Position numbers and translations under genes: made by a program
Source of the DNA: an uncultured Spirochaetaceae bacterium
GTDB taxonomy: Bacteria; Spirochaetota; Spirochaetia; SZUA-6; DRHE01
Length of the DNA stretch: 64,000 bases
Direction: 5' to 3'
Assembly (NCBI GenBank): GCA_964627715.1
Contig: CAZVHJ010000018.1
Location: forward strand, 6,955 to 70,954
In this document: positions 27,469 to 36,265 of the stretch, piece after piece
Layout of the letters: the number at the start of each line of letters is the position of its first letter
How positions within the stretch are numbered: position 1 is the stretch's first letter
Notes under the pieces: generated by a model
What the model saw: the letters and a program-made list of their open reading frames with translations, nothing else
Database searches by the model: none
Told to the model about the DNA's origin: nothing

Positions 27469-27819
27469 TCAGAATCCGCAGGAGCGATAACCTCCCATTC
27501 CGCGCCGTCCGATGCACTCGATTCCACCCGGAGCTCCCCAATAGAACTGGTGACCCGCCGGTTCTCCTTGAATCCGGCGAGAAAACTGTTGTTGCCGAAA
27601 AATGTGGCGATCCTCCGATTTGCAGGTTTTTCCTAGAACTGTCTGCGCTCCCCGATCTGCTGTATCTCTCAGTGTCAAAGCGCTTGTCACCGCCAGAGTC
27701 ACCACGATCCCGGTTGCCAGCACGGAGACGAAGACGGTCAGCAGGAGGGAAGGTTCGCCAAGGCGCCGGTTGCCTTGAAAGAACTCGGGTCTATAGAGTT
27801 TCTTGGCCAGATAGAACAT
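27469..27819 (-). CDS. Hypothetical small membrane-anchored protein (possibly another gene remnant)
   Basis: One N-terminal TM stretch (LLLTVFVSVLATGIVVTLAV). Overlaps the 3' end of the upstream regulator by 29 nt. No motif recognised. Confidence 0.25.
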   Translation of the reverse strand: MFYLAKKLYRPEFFQGNRRLGEPSLLLTVFVSVLATGIVVTLAVTSALTLRDTADRGAQTVLGKTCKSEDRHIFRQQQFSRRIQGEPAGHQFYWGAPGGIECIGRRGMGGYRSCGF

Positions 27820-28771
27820 GGGAGGAACCTGCTCGTTTCTTGACCAGGCGGTTGGCCAGCTTCACCGCTTCATCAGCGCTGCGGGCAAAGCCATCCGCCT
27901 TCACTTTCTTGCAAAGTTCCGCATCTTGATTGAAAGGCCTGCCTCCAACCAGGATGACAAGATCCTTCAGACTCTCGGCGGCCCGGATCGATCGGATGGC
28001 CCGGGCGATCGATTCCACGTTGAAAAACATCGTGGCCGAAAGGGCGAGCAGATCGGCCTTGTGATCCACAACGGTTTTGACCATATCCTCGTTGCAGAGA
28101 TTGCTGCCCAGGAAGAAGGTCTTCCAGCCATCCATCTCCAAAAAATCTGCGACCATGCGGACCCCGATATCGTGGAACTCACCGCACACGGCCATGGCCA
28201 GACACACGGTTTCTATCTTCTCCCGGGAAGCGGCTGTGATATAGGGATACAGCTGAGACATGATGAGCTGGGTGGAAGCGGAAAAGTAGTGTTCCGTGGC
28301 AACGTCCACTTGATTCTGCATCCACATCAACCCAATTTCCTTGAGGGTGCGCTCGAATACGGTCCTGTAGATCTCCCCTACTTCACGTCCCTCCTTCACT
28401 GCATTGTGCACCAGATTGCTCGCCTCCTCCCGCTTTCCGGCCAGCAGAAGATCCAGGTACTGTTTTGCCAGAGGACTCATGGGCGGGAGGGTTTCTTCCT
28501 CTTCTCTGTAAAAGCCACTCTGGTACTGTAGGTCCTGGACTGCCCGATTCACATCGCTCCTGCCCATCAGATAATCCAGAGACACATTGAAGTAATCTGC
28601 TATCCGGTGCAGGATTCGTTCGTCAGGAAAACGAGCCCCCTGCTCATAGTTGGCGATCGTTGTTTGCGCTACTCCCAGAGCGTCCCCCAGGTCTTTTTGA
28701 CGCAGATTCGCAACGGTACGGAGCTCGCGCAATCTAGAAGCCAAGTCCGTCATGCCATCAAGATAACACAA
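27791..28771 (-). CDS. XRE-type HTH regulator fused to a CarH/LitR-like B12-binding module
   Basis: Cro/C1 HTH (LRQKDLGDALGVAQTTIANYEQG). Helical-bundle motif W-x9-E-H (WMQNQVDVATEH). Rossmann-type B12 motif EFHDIG...SAT...VGGRPF. Alternative ATG at 28753. Confidence 0.8.
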   Translation of the reverse strand: MCYLDGMTDLASRLRELRTVANLRQKDLGDALGVAQTTIANYEQGARFPDERILHRIADYFNVSLDYLMGRSDVNRAVQDLQYQSGFYREEEETLPPMSPLAKQYLDLLLAGKREEASNLVHNAVKEGREVGEIYRTVFERTLKEIGLMWMQNQVDVATEHYFSASTQLIMSQLYPYITAASREKIETVCLAMAVCGEFHDIGVRMVADFLEMDGWKTFFLGSNLCNEDMVKTVVDHKADLLALSATMFFNVESIARAIRSIRAAESLKDLVILVGGRPFNQDAELCKKVKADGFARSADEAVKLANRLVKKRAGSSHVLSGQETL

Positions 28772-28831
28772 TTCGAGTAACGAATCAACCGCAAGCGGAA
28801 TAATAGGCGGGTATTATTTCGATTCGTGATT

Positions 28832-29287
28832 TCAACAGAGCTCCGGAGTGAGAAACCAGTGCAACAGCCACGAGCCGGCGCTACTTTCCAGACAGACCAT
28901 ACCCGCCGAGGGAAGATCGAGCAGGTCCTGTTCGGTACCGAGCAGCAGAACGGAGATCAGTTTACCCAGCTGAGGAAGATGCCCCACGATCACCAGATTG
29001 GAGTCCCGTCGCTCCAACTCCTCAACCAGCGGTGGCAGCGGATCGTTGGGGTCCAGACCGCTTCGGGCGTGCACCCGCTCCTCGATTCTCAAGCCGGCGG
29101 CAAGTATGGCGGCGGTTTGCTCCGCTCGAGTTTTTCCACTGTGCCAGATCGCATCGATTTGAGGTTCGAGTCTGGAAAAGACCTGGGAAACCGCCTCGAC
29201 CTCTAGACGACCACGGGCGCTTAAGCCCCGCCCCGGATCTTCGTGCTTGGGTTTTGCATCACCGTGACGAAGAATATACAGAAACAT
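28832..29287 (-). CDS. sixA: Phosphohistidine phosphatase SixA
   Basis: MFLYILRHGDA...LSARG...VIVGHLP motifs of the histidine phosphatase superfamily; SixA-sized at 151 aa. Confidence 0.8.
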   Translation of the reverse strand: MFLYILRHGDAKPKHEDPGRGLSARGRLEVEAVSQVFSRLEPQIDAIWHSGKTRAEQTAAILAAGLRIEERVHARSGLDPNDPLPPLVEELERRDSNLVIVGHLPQLGKLISVLLLGTEQDLLDLPSAGMVCLESSAGSWLLHWFLTPELC

Positions 29288-29596
29288 CTACCACTCCGTC
29301 GAGTCGGTTGGAGCTACAGGGGCGCAGGCGGTGCTTTCTCGCTTTCTAGCCATCATGGGCTCCACAGCTTCGCGCCATTCCTGATAATGGGCAGTCTCCT
29401 TGTGGTCCTTGGTCGCCTGCTCATCCCGGTAGACTTCGTAGAGAATGAAGTGATCCGGATCGGATTCAGACTGCAATACATCGAAACGCAGAACCCCCGG
29501 CTCCTGGATCGAACCCTGTCTGTTCTTTACCGTGGCTCCTTTGAACTCCTCGATACTCTGCTCTTTCACGTAGACATCAATAATCCGGACGATCAT
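29288..29596 (-). CDS. Antibiotic-biosynthesis-monooxygenase (ABM) domain protein
   Basis: 102 aa, ferredoxin-like ABM pattern (FDVLQSESDPDHFILYEVYRDEQATKDHKETAHY). Confidence 0.75.
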   Translation of the reverse strand: MIVRIIDVYVKEQSIEEFKGATVKNRQGSIQEPGVLRFDVLQSESDPDHFILYEVYRDEQATKDHKETAHYQEWREAVEPMMARKRESTACAPVAPTDSTEW

Positions 29597-30672
29597 TATC
29601 CGCCTCCAAGGGAATACTGCTCTTTGAACGCGTCTAGTTTCTGCAGATACCTCTCCCTCAGTCTGTCCCGCTCCTGCTTTGGCAGAAAGCTGGCTTCAAT
29701 CGCGTTCAGATTCAATCGAATCAGATCCTGAAGGGTGAAGCCGAAGTACTCAACAGCCTTGATATAGTCGTCGGTAAGGTCCGTATTCTGTATAAAGGGG
29801 TCATCCGAGTTCAGCGTGACCGGAACACCTTTTCTGTACAAAGCTCCTATCGGATGATTTCTCTCATCTTCCCAGGAACCTGTCTGGTAATTGGAGGTGA
29901 TGCACAACTCAAGGACGATCCCCTTCTCTATGAGGAAATCCTGAAGCAACGGATCATCGATTGTGCTGGTGCCGTGACCGATTCGAGCGGCGTGAAGGTT
30001 GCGAATCGCCTCCCAAATCTGCTCGGAGGAACTGACCTCACCTGCATGAATCGTAGATTTATACAGCCCGTCGGACTCGATCAAATCGAAGAAATCCCGG
30101 AATTGCTCCGGTGGAAAGTTGATCTCGTCACCTGCAAGGTCGATCCCGACGATTTCCGGTATCTGAAGTGCTTTCAATCGATTGTACAGGCCGATCATCT
30201 CCCAACTGGTTTGCTTGCTCCGGTTGAAGGTCAGAAGGTAGCGGATCTTCAAGCCCACTTCGGCGGCTGCTTTATTGCCGGCTTCTACGATCAGCTTGGT
30301 GATCTCAGATCGGTCGAAATCATTCTCCAGGGCAAAGTGTTCCGGGGAAAAGCGCAGCTCGCAGTAGCACAATCCATCTTGAACAAGCTCTTTTACCGAG
30401 TGGTAAGTAATGAAGTACACGTCATCAAATGTACGGTACCAGTCGTTTCGAAACTTGGTCAGAAAAGCGAGAAAGTCCGGACTGGAATCTTTGGGGAATT
30501 GTACTTCTTTCTTGAACGCCTCGAAGTCGCTTGGTCGTTCGAGGTTGTTCTTCAATGATAGCTCATGCAGTTTATCGACGGGAAATGTTCCCTCCAGGTG
30601 TCTATGCACTTCAATCTTAGGCAAGTTCTTCATCACCGCTTTTTGTAGCAGCCTTTTCTTTTCGTTGCTCAC
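29596..30672 (-). CDS. add: Adenosine deaminase
   Basis: PKIEVHRHLEGT, IDLAGDE, IHAGE, RIGHG and NSDDP metal and catalytic motifs. Confidence 0.9.
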   Translation of the reverse strand: MSNEKKRLLQKAVMKNLPKIEVHRHLEGTFPVDKLHELSLKNNLERPSDFEAFKKEVQFPKDSSPDFLAFLTKFRNDWYRTFDDVYFITYHSVKELVQDGLCYCELRFSPEHFALENDFDRSEITKLIVEAGNKAAAEVGLKIRYLLTFNRSKQTSWEMIGLYNRLKALQIPEIVGIDLAGDEINFPPEQFRDFFDLIESDGLYKSTIHAGEVSSSEQIWEAIRNLHAARIGHGTSTIDDPLLQDFLIEKGIVLELCITSNYQTGSWEDERNHPIGALYRKGVPVTLNSDDPFIQNTDLTDDYIKAVEYFGFTLQDLIRLNLNAIEASFLPKQERDRLRERYLQKLDAFKEQYSLGGG

Positions 30673-30785
30673 GGTTTTTACTCTTATCTCCCCTCCCCTG
30701 TACTTGTTGGTACGAATATGAATTCAATTTCCCACAAAGTAATATAAATTTAATACAAAAGATCAATTCTTCAAGAGAATTTTAT

Positions 30786-30835
30786 TAAATAAAACACAAA
30801 ACCCCTCTCGCCGGATAGAGCGAAAGCGGGAGAGA
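30786..30835 (-). terminator. Rho-independent terminator after the small Cys-protein gene
   Basis: Minus strand: CTCTCCCGC-loop-GCGAGAGGGG followed by TTTTGTGTTTTATTT. Confidence 0.6.
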
Positions 30836-30868
30836 TTTTGTGAAATTAAAAGTGTGAAAGGGTTCTGG

Positions 30869-31072
30869 TTACAGGGAATCCGGATCGCAGAGGTAGTCGG
30901 CGCTGTTCGAGACTCTCCCGCACTGTTTGCAGACGTATTTCCCGTTACGTACCAAGTCTTTGTAGTCTGACAGATTTGTCTGTATATAATTCATTACGTG
31001 AGCAACGCAAAGGTGCTTGCCATGACCCTTGTGGGGACCCTCTACTTCACTCAACGGAAACCATTCAGCCAT
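30869..31072 (-). CDS. Small Cys/His-rich hypothetical protein (67 aa)
   Basis: AGGAGG RBS 7 nt before the ATG at 31072. Contains HKGHGKHLC and CKQCG...C. Followed by its own terminator. Confidence 0.5.
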   Translation of the reverse strand: MAEWFPLSEVEGPHKGHGKHLCVAHVMNYIQTNLSDYKDLVRNGKYVCKQCGRVSNSADYLCDPDSL

Positions 31073-31211
31073 CGTTAATCCTCCTGATGCATGAGATAAA
31101 TACAATGGGAATATACAACCCCAAGGAGTTCATTGCAAGGGCAATGCTTACGACGAGGGTCAGGATTACCGCTCCTGAAACTCCCCAAAACCCCACATAA
31201 CTCCTCGTTTC

Positions 31212-31240
31212 TTGTCACGGCCAAGGATTTCCTGTAAAAT
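31212..31240 (+). promoter_or_regulatory. Sigma-70-like promoter immediately upstream of valS
   Basis: TTGTCA (31212-31217), 17-nt spacer, TAAAAT (31235-31240). The ATG at 31249 lies only 8 nt after the -10 box and no SD is visible. Confidence 0.5.
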
Positions 31241-31248
31241 GTGCGGCC

Positions 31249-33900
31249 ATGATGAAGGCTATTGAGCTAGCCACAGAATATGACCCAAAGGACTTCGAAG
31301 ATCGACTATACAAGTTCTGGTTGGATAACAACCTGTTTGCGCCGAATCTGGATAAAAAGGCCCAGCCTTATGTGATTGTGATACCCCCACCGAACGTAAC
31401 CGGGGTCCTGCATATGGGACACGGCTTGAACAACAGCCTTCAAGATGTGTTGATTCGTTATCACAGGATGTCGGGTGAGCCTACTCTCTGGCTGCCGGGA
31501 TCCGATCACGCCGGAATCGCTACCCAGGCCGTGGTGGAAAAACAGCTGCGAGAGCAGGGCATCTCTCGGGAGCAGATCGGTCGGGAAAAGTTCGTGGAGG
31601 AAACCTGGAAGGTCACCAACAAACACCACGATATTATCGTACAGCAGCTGCAAAAGATCGGTTCATCCTGCGACTGGCAGCGCGAACGCTTTACCCTGGA
31701 TGAAGGTCTTTCCCGGGCAGTGCGGGAGGTGTTCGTGAGCCTTTACGAGAAGGGCCTTGTTTACAAGGGGAATTATCTGGTCAATTGGTGCTGGTCCTGC
31801 GGCACAGCGATCTCGGATGATGAAGTTGAGCACGAGGAGATCGAAGGCCGGATGTACCACTATCGGTATCCCCTGGCGGATGGAAGCGGATCTATAGAAA
31901 TTGCTACCACTCGTCCGGAGACGATGCTGGGAGATACCGCGCTGGCAGTCCATCCCGATGATAAGCGGTACAAGCACCTGGTGGGGAAACACGCACTTTT
32001 ACCCCTCACCGACCGGCAGCTTCCCATCGTCGCTGACACCTATGTGGACATGGAGCTCGGTTCCGGAGTCGTGAAGGTCACTCCGGCCCACGACCCCAAC
32101 GACTACGAGATCGGCAAACGGCACAATCTACCGAGAATCAATATTCTCAACCCTGATAACACCCTGAACAGCAACGTCCCGCAAAGCTATCGAGGCCTCA
32201 AAGTCGCCGAGGCTCGGAAAAAGGTGGTTCAGGACATAAAAAAGGCAGGACTGTTTATCCGCGATGAAAAGCACATGCACACCGTGGGTCACTGTTACCG
32301 CTGCCACAGTACGATCGAGCCCTACCTTTCAGACCAGTGGTTCGTACGCATGCGTCCCCTGGCCGACAAGGCCCTCGCTGCCTGGGAACGGGGGGAAGTC
32401 CAGTTTTACCCGCGGAAATGGGAGAACACCTACGTACACTGGCTGCGGAACATCCGCGACTGGTGCATATCCAGGCAATTGTGGTGGGGTCATCGCATCC
32501 CGGTCTGGTACTGCGAGGCTTGTGGCCAGATGACCGTCTCTCGGGAAGATCCTTCCTCCTGCCGGAACTGCTCGAGCACGGATATCCGACAGGATCCGGA
32601 TGTACTGGATACCTGGTTCTCCTCCGCTCTCTGGCCCTTCTCTACCCTCGGGTGGCCTGATCGAACCGAGGATTTGAAAAGCTTCTATCCGACTTCAACC
32701 CTGGTGACCGCCTACGAGATCATCTTCTTTTGGGTGGCCCGCATGATCATGATGGGACTCGAGTTCATGGAAGAGGTTCCCTTCCACGATGTGTACATAC
32801 ACGGTCTGGTGCGGGACACACAGGGGAGAAAAATGTCCAAGTCTCTGGGCAACGGAGTCGATCCCCTGGAAGTCGTGGATGAATACGGTGCCGATGCCCT
32901 TCGTTTTACCCTCGCCTTCCTGGCTGCTCAAGGCCAAGATATCCTGATGGACAAGGAGAGCTTCAAACTGGGCAGCAAGTTTGCTAACAAGATCTGGAAC
33001 GCATCCCGCTTCATCCTGATGAATCTAGAAGACCGCAATCTACTTGAGGAGGCTCAGCTTAAGCTCGACGAGGAGGACCGCTGGATACTGCACAGGTTGA
33101 ACCTGGCAGCCCAGAGCTCCCGAACAGCCCTGGATCAGTACCGTTTCAATGATGCCGGGCAGACCGTATATGAGTATTTCTGGAACGATTTCTGCGACTG
33201 GTACATCGAAGCCGCGAAACTCGTTTTAGACTCCGATGATGCGGCAGAGAAGGACAGAAAAATTACGCTCTGCCTGAACATCCTGGAAGAGTCGCTGCGC
33301 CTGCTGCACCCCTTTCTCCCCTTCGTGACCGAGGAAATCTATCAGAAACTGCCCGTGCACGGTCAGAGCATCGTCACCGCCTCCTATCCGGAGTTTTCAG
33401 AACACCGAATAGACCAGGAGGCCCAGGATCGTTTTGCCCTCCTACAAGAGCTCGTACGGGCTGTTCGCACCCTGCGTAGTGAGTTCACCATACCGGCGGG
33501 GAAAAAGATCCCGGTCACTGTGAAGACTGTGAAAGATGATTCTCCCTGGCAGGTGTTCAACGAACAGAAAGATCTGATATCCCTGCTCATAGGCTCGGAA
33601 AAGCTGCAAATAACGGGTGGGGCAGTCAAGAGGGAGGGAAGCATCCCCGCCGTAGGTTCGGGCTTTGAGGCCTTTGTCTATATCAAAGATGCTATAGACC
33701 TGGATAAGGAGATGGAAAAACTAAATAAAGAGCTCCGAAATCTGGAAGAGGCGCTGGAACGAACCAAAGGCAAGTTGGCCAACCAATCCTTCTTGAAAAA
33801 GGCTCCTGAAGATGTTGTGCAGAACGAGAGGGGCAAGCAAGAAGAGCTCCAGCGGAGGAAAGATAAAATCGCCGGCTATATAGAAGATCTAAAGGCCTAG
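31249..33900 (+). CDS. valS: Valine--tRNA ligase
   Basis: 883 aa with PPPNVTGVLHMGHGLN (HIGH), KMSKSLGN (KMSKS), a CP1 editing region and a C-terminal coiled coil. Confidence 0.95.
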   Translation: MMKAIELATEYDPKDFEDRLYKFWLDNNLFAPNLDKKAQPYVIVIPPPNVTGVLHMGHGLNNSLQDVLIRYHRMSGEPTLWLPGSDHAGIATQAVVEKQLREQGISREQIGREKFVEETWKVTNKHHDIIVQQLQKIGSSCDWQRERFTLDEGLSRAVREVFVSLYEKGLVYKGNYLVNWCWSCGTAISDDEVEHEEIEGRMYHYRYPLADGSGSIEIATTRPETMLGDTALAVHPDDKRYKHLVGKHALLPLTDRQLPIVADTYVDMELGSGVVKVTPAHDPNDYEIGKRHNLPRINILNPDNTLNSNVPQSYRGLKVAEARKKVVQDIKKAGLFIRDEKHMHTVGHCYRCHSTIEPYLSDQWFVRMRPLADKALAAWERGEVQFYPRKWENTYVHWLRNIRDWCISRQLWWGHRIPVWYCEACGQMTVSREDPSSCRNCSSTDIRQDPDVLDTWFSSALWPFSTLGWPDRTEDLKSFYPTSTLVTAYEIIFFWVARMIMMGLEFMEEVPFHDVYIHGLVRDTQGRKMSKSLGNGVDPLEVVDEYGADALRFTLAFLAAQGQDILMDKESFKLGSKFANKIWNASRFILMNLEDRNLLEEAQLKLDEEDRWILHRLNLAAQSSRTALDQYRFNDAGQTVYEYFWNDFCDWYIEAAKLVLDSDDAAEKDRKITLCLNILEESLRLLHPFLPFVTEEIYQKLPVHGQSIVTASYPEFSEHRIDQEAQDRFALLQELVRAVRTLRSEFTIPAGKKIPVTVKTVKDDSPWQVFNEQKDLISLLIGSEKLQITGGAVKREGSIPAVGSGFEAFVYIKDAIDLDKEMEKLNKELRNLEEALERTKGKLANQSFLKKAPEDVVQNERGKQEELQRRKDKIAGYIEDLKA

Positions 33901-33948
33901 CCGCAACCTTTGGCCGTGTTCCGCTGTCCTATTACGATGCAGGGTTAG

Positions 33949-34374
33949 ATGGTTATTGCAGGTTTGATTCGATCGAGCTGGATCGGCAGCACCGCCCTCC
34001 AGGAAACAACGAGGCAATGGCCTGGATTGGGTTCCGCCGCCCAGATCCTGATCGCCTCGATTCCCGTTGTCGCGGTTGCGCTGCTGGCGGTTCTTACCTT
34101 CTTTTTCATCCTCTGGGACTACAAAAAGCACCGTGTAATGATAGAGCGGGGAATCACTCCCAAACCGAGAAACATCGACGATAAGCTGCTTCTGATAGGG
34201 ATCGTGTCTCTTTTTGTAGGAATCGGACTGCTGGTTTTCTTCGGCCTGAAAACGGGCTTGAGTAATTCCCTCCTGGGCGGTATCATTCCTACAGCATCCG
34301 GGATGGGTATAATTACCTACTATATCCTGATCCAACAGGTGAAGAAGAAGAGGGAACGTGGGAAAAGTCAATGA
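33949..34374 (+). CDS. Hypothetical membrane protein
   Basis: Three or four hydrophobic stretches. Overlaps the sigma-factor start by 17 nt. Confidence 0.45.
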   Translation: MVIAGLIRSSWIGSTALQETTRQWPGLGSAAQILIASIPVVAVALLAVLTFFFILWDYKKHRVMIERGITPKPRNIDDKLLLIGIVSLFVGIGLLVFFGLKTGLSNSLLGGIIPTASGMGIITYYILIQQVKKKRERGKSQ

Positions 34375-34927
34375 CAACCTCTTGGTGAGCCGTATCCTCG
34401 AGGGGCAGATCGATGCCTACCGAGAAATTGTGGCTCGCTATCAAGCCCGGGTCTTCTATATCGGGTTGAAATTTTTTCATAACCGTCATGACGCCGAAGA
34501 TTACGCCCAAGAGGTCTTTCTCAAGGCTTTTGAAAAGCTCCAAAGCTTTAAAGGGGAAGTTCCCTTCTCCTCCTGGCTCAATAAAATCGCCTACAATATG
34601 GCCGTGAACCACTATCACAAACGACGCCGCACTCACGTCGAGGTGGCTCTGCCTGTTGAGCCCCGCGACACTTCCATTGGTCCGGAAGCCCGCCTCTTGA
34701 GAAACGAGCTTCGAGAAAGAGTCAGGAAGGTGCTGAAAAAGATTCCCGACATCTACAAGCCGGTTATCAACCTGCACTTTTTTGAAGGATTGAGCTATCC
34801 GGAAATCTCCCGAGTCTTGAGCATTCCCGTAAACACGATCAAGTCCCATGTATTCCGGACAAAACAACTGCTCCGCAGCCGCCTCGGAGTGTATGTTCTC
34901 AGCTATCTTGAGGAGGGAGTCATCTGA
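34358..34927 (+). CDS. ECF-type RNA polymerase sigma-70 factor
   Basis: Region 2 (DAEDYAQEVFLKAFEKLQSF, SWLNKIAYNMAVNHY) and region 4 (EGLSYPEISRVLSIPVNTIKSHVFR). The GTG start is uncertain. Confidence 0.8.
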   Translation: MGKVNDNLLVSRILEGQIDAYREIVARYQARVFYIGLKFFHNRHDAEDYAQEVFLKAFEKLQSFKGEVPFSSWLNKIAYNMAVNHYHKRRRTHVEVALPVEPRDTSIGPEARLLRNELRERVRKVLKKIPDIYKPVINLHFFEGLSYPEISRVLSIPVNTIKSHVFRTKQLLRSRLGVYVLSYLEEGVI

Positions 34928-35301
34928 TGAACCGGCGTCATGCAGCTCAAAGCCTGGATAGCATCGAACCGAAACCGGGCTTGAAAAGGGATATCACCGC
35001 ATATCTCGGCAAGGTCGGGTTCGTCGAACGTGTCATGACGGATATCTTGGAAGTTCCCGGGAAGACACGTAAAACACTTCTCTGGGCAAGCTTCTGTCTG
35101 TTCAACCTTTTTCTGCTGGTCCTCTTCGGGACCAATCAATCCTTCATTGTGGAGTTTTTCGCACTCCGGGAGGAGCTAGGTCAATTCTTCTTTCTCTTTC
35201 TCGGAATCACCCTGCTCGGCGGCCTTATTGGACTGGTGTTGGTAAGTGATATATCCTGGCTGAAGGATTATCTCTCGAAATCCGATTCTTTCGACGATTA
35301 G
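34927..35301 (+). CDS. Putative membrane anti-sigma factor
   Basis: TGATGA coupling to the sigma gene. Two TM segments. Called from position only. Confidence 0.4.
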   Translation: MNRRHAAQSLDSIEPKPGLKRDITAYLGKVGFVERVMTDILEVPGKTRKTLLWASFCLFNLFLLVLFGTNQSFIVEFFALREELGQFFFLFLGITLLGGLIGLVLVSDISWLKDYLSKSDSFDD

Positions 35302-35303
35302 AA

Positions 35304-36218
35304 TCAGCGACCTATAGGTGCCCCCTCCTCGACACTGTGAGTGACCACACTCTCCGGTGGAACATCTCGAGTGATCCACACGTTCGCTCCGATCACCGAG
35401 CCGCGTCCTATGGTGACCCTGCCCAGGACCGTAGCTCCTGAATAGATCACTACGTCATCTTCGACCACAGGATGTCTCGGGATTCCCTTGATCGGCTTGC
35501 CGTTTGCATCCAGTGGAAAACTCTTGGCACCCAGGGTGACTCCCTGGTAGATGCGTACTCTTTCACCGATGACACAGGTCTCTCCGATGACCACCCCCGT
35601 CCCGTGATCTATAAAGAACTCCTCCCCTATCTTGGCACCAGGGTGAATATCGATTCCGGTCAGACTGTGAGCCCTCTCTGTAATAATCCTGGGTATCAGG
35701 GGCGCCTCGAGACAGTACAGCTCATGAGCCAGGCGATAGTAACTGACCGCCAGTATACCGGGATAACAAAAGATCGCCTCGTCGGTGCTCTTGGCTGCAG
35801 GATCCCCGTAGTAGGCGGCACGTACATCCGTACCCAGGATGTGCTGGACCCCGGGCAGACGTTGTAGGAACTCCGTTGTGATCGCTTCCGACTTTTCCAG
35901 ACAGGCCGGGCACTCGAAACCGTGGTGATCACATTCGAAGCACAGACCACGCTTGATCTGTTCCAGCAACACCTTGAGGATACGGTCCAAAGCGGCGCCG
36001 ACGTGAAAACGCATGTTTTCTTCTGTCAGCTCCGAAATACCGAAGTAGCCCGGAAATAGGACAGAGCGCAGAGCCTCTGCGGCTTCTATGACTCGATCCC
36101 TGGAGGGCAGGAGCCGCCCTCCTTTTCCCTTCCAGGAGAGCATACCGTGCTCGGAATCGCAGAGACGGTTCACCACCTCGGCGAGTATATTCTGCTTAAT
36201 ATTCAGTTTATTCTCCAT
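35304..36218 (-). CDS. cysE: Serine O-acetyltransferase (long form)
   Basis: DPAAKS...YPG SATase N-terminal domain and hexapeptide repeats (IDIHPGAKIGEEFFIDHGTGVVIGETCVIGERVRIYQGVTLG). Confidence 0.85.
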   Translation of the reverse strand: MENKLNIKQNILAEVVNRLCDSEHGMLSWKGKGGRLLPSRDRVIEAAEALRSVLFPGYFGISELTEENMRFHVGAALDRILKVLLEQIKRGLCFECDHHGFECPACLEKSEAITTEFLQRLPGVQHILGTDVRAAYYGDPAAKSTDEAIFCYPGILAVSYYRLAHELYCLEAPLIPRIITERAHSLTGIDIHPGAKIGEEFFIDHGTGVVIGETCVIGERVRIYQGVTLGAKSFPLDANGKPIKGIPRHPVVEDDVVIYSGATVLGRVTIGRGSVIGANVWITRDVPPESVVTHSVEEGAPIGR

Positions 36219-36265
36219 ACATCACCCCAGTACAAAATACTGTAAAAGTCGACCCAACGGCCAGT

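Noticed and set aside
27306-27929. 207-aa plus-strand ORF across the decay zone and into the B12-regulator gene.
   Set aside because: It is Arg/Pro/Ser-rich with no motifs, and it overlaps the well-supported minus-strand regulator.
31106-31248. T-box leader upstream of valS.
   Set aside because: Only about 140 nt is available and a promoter occupies the last 40 nt. No specifier loop or T-box sequence is recognisable.
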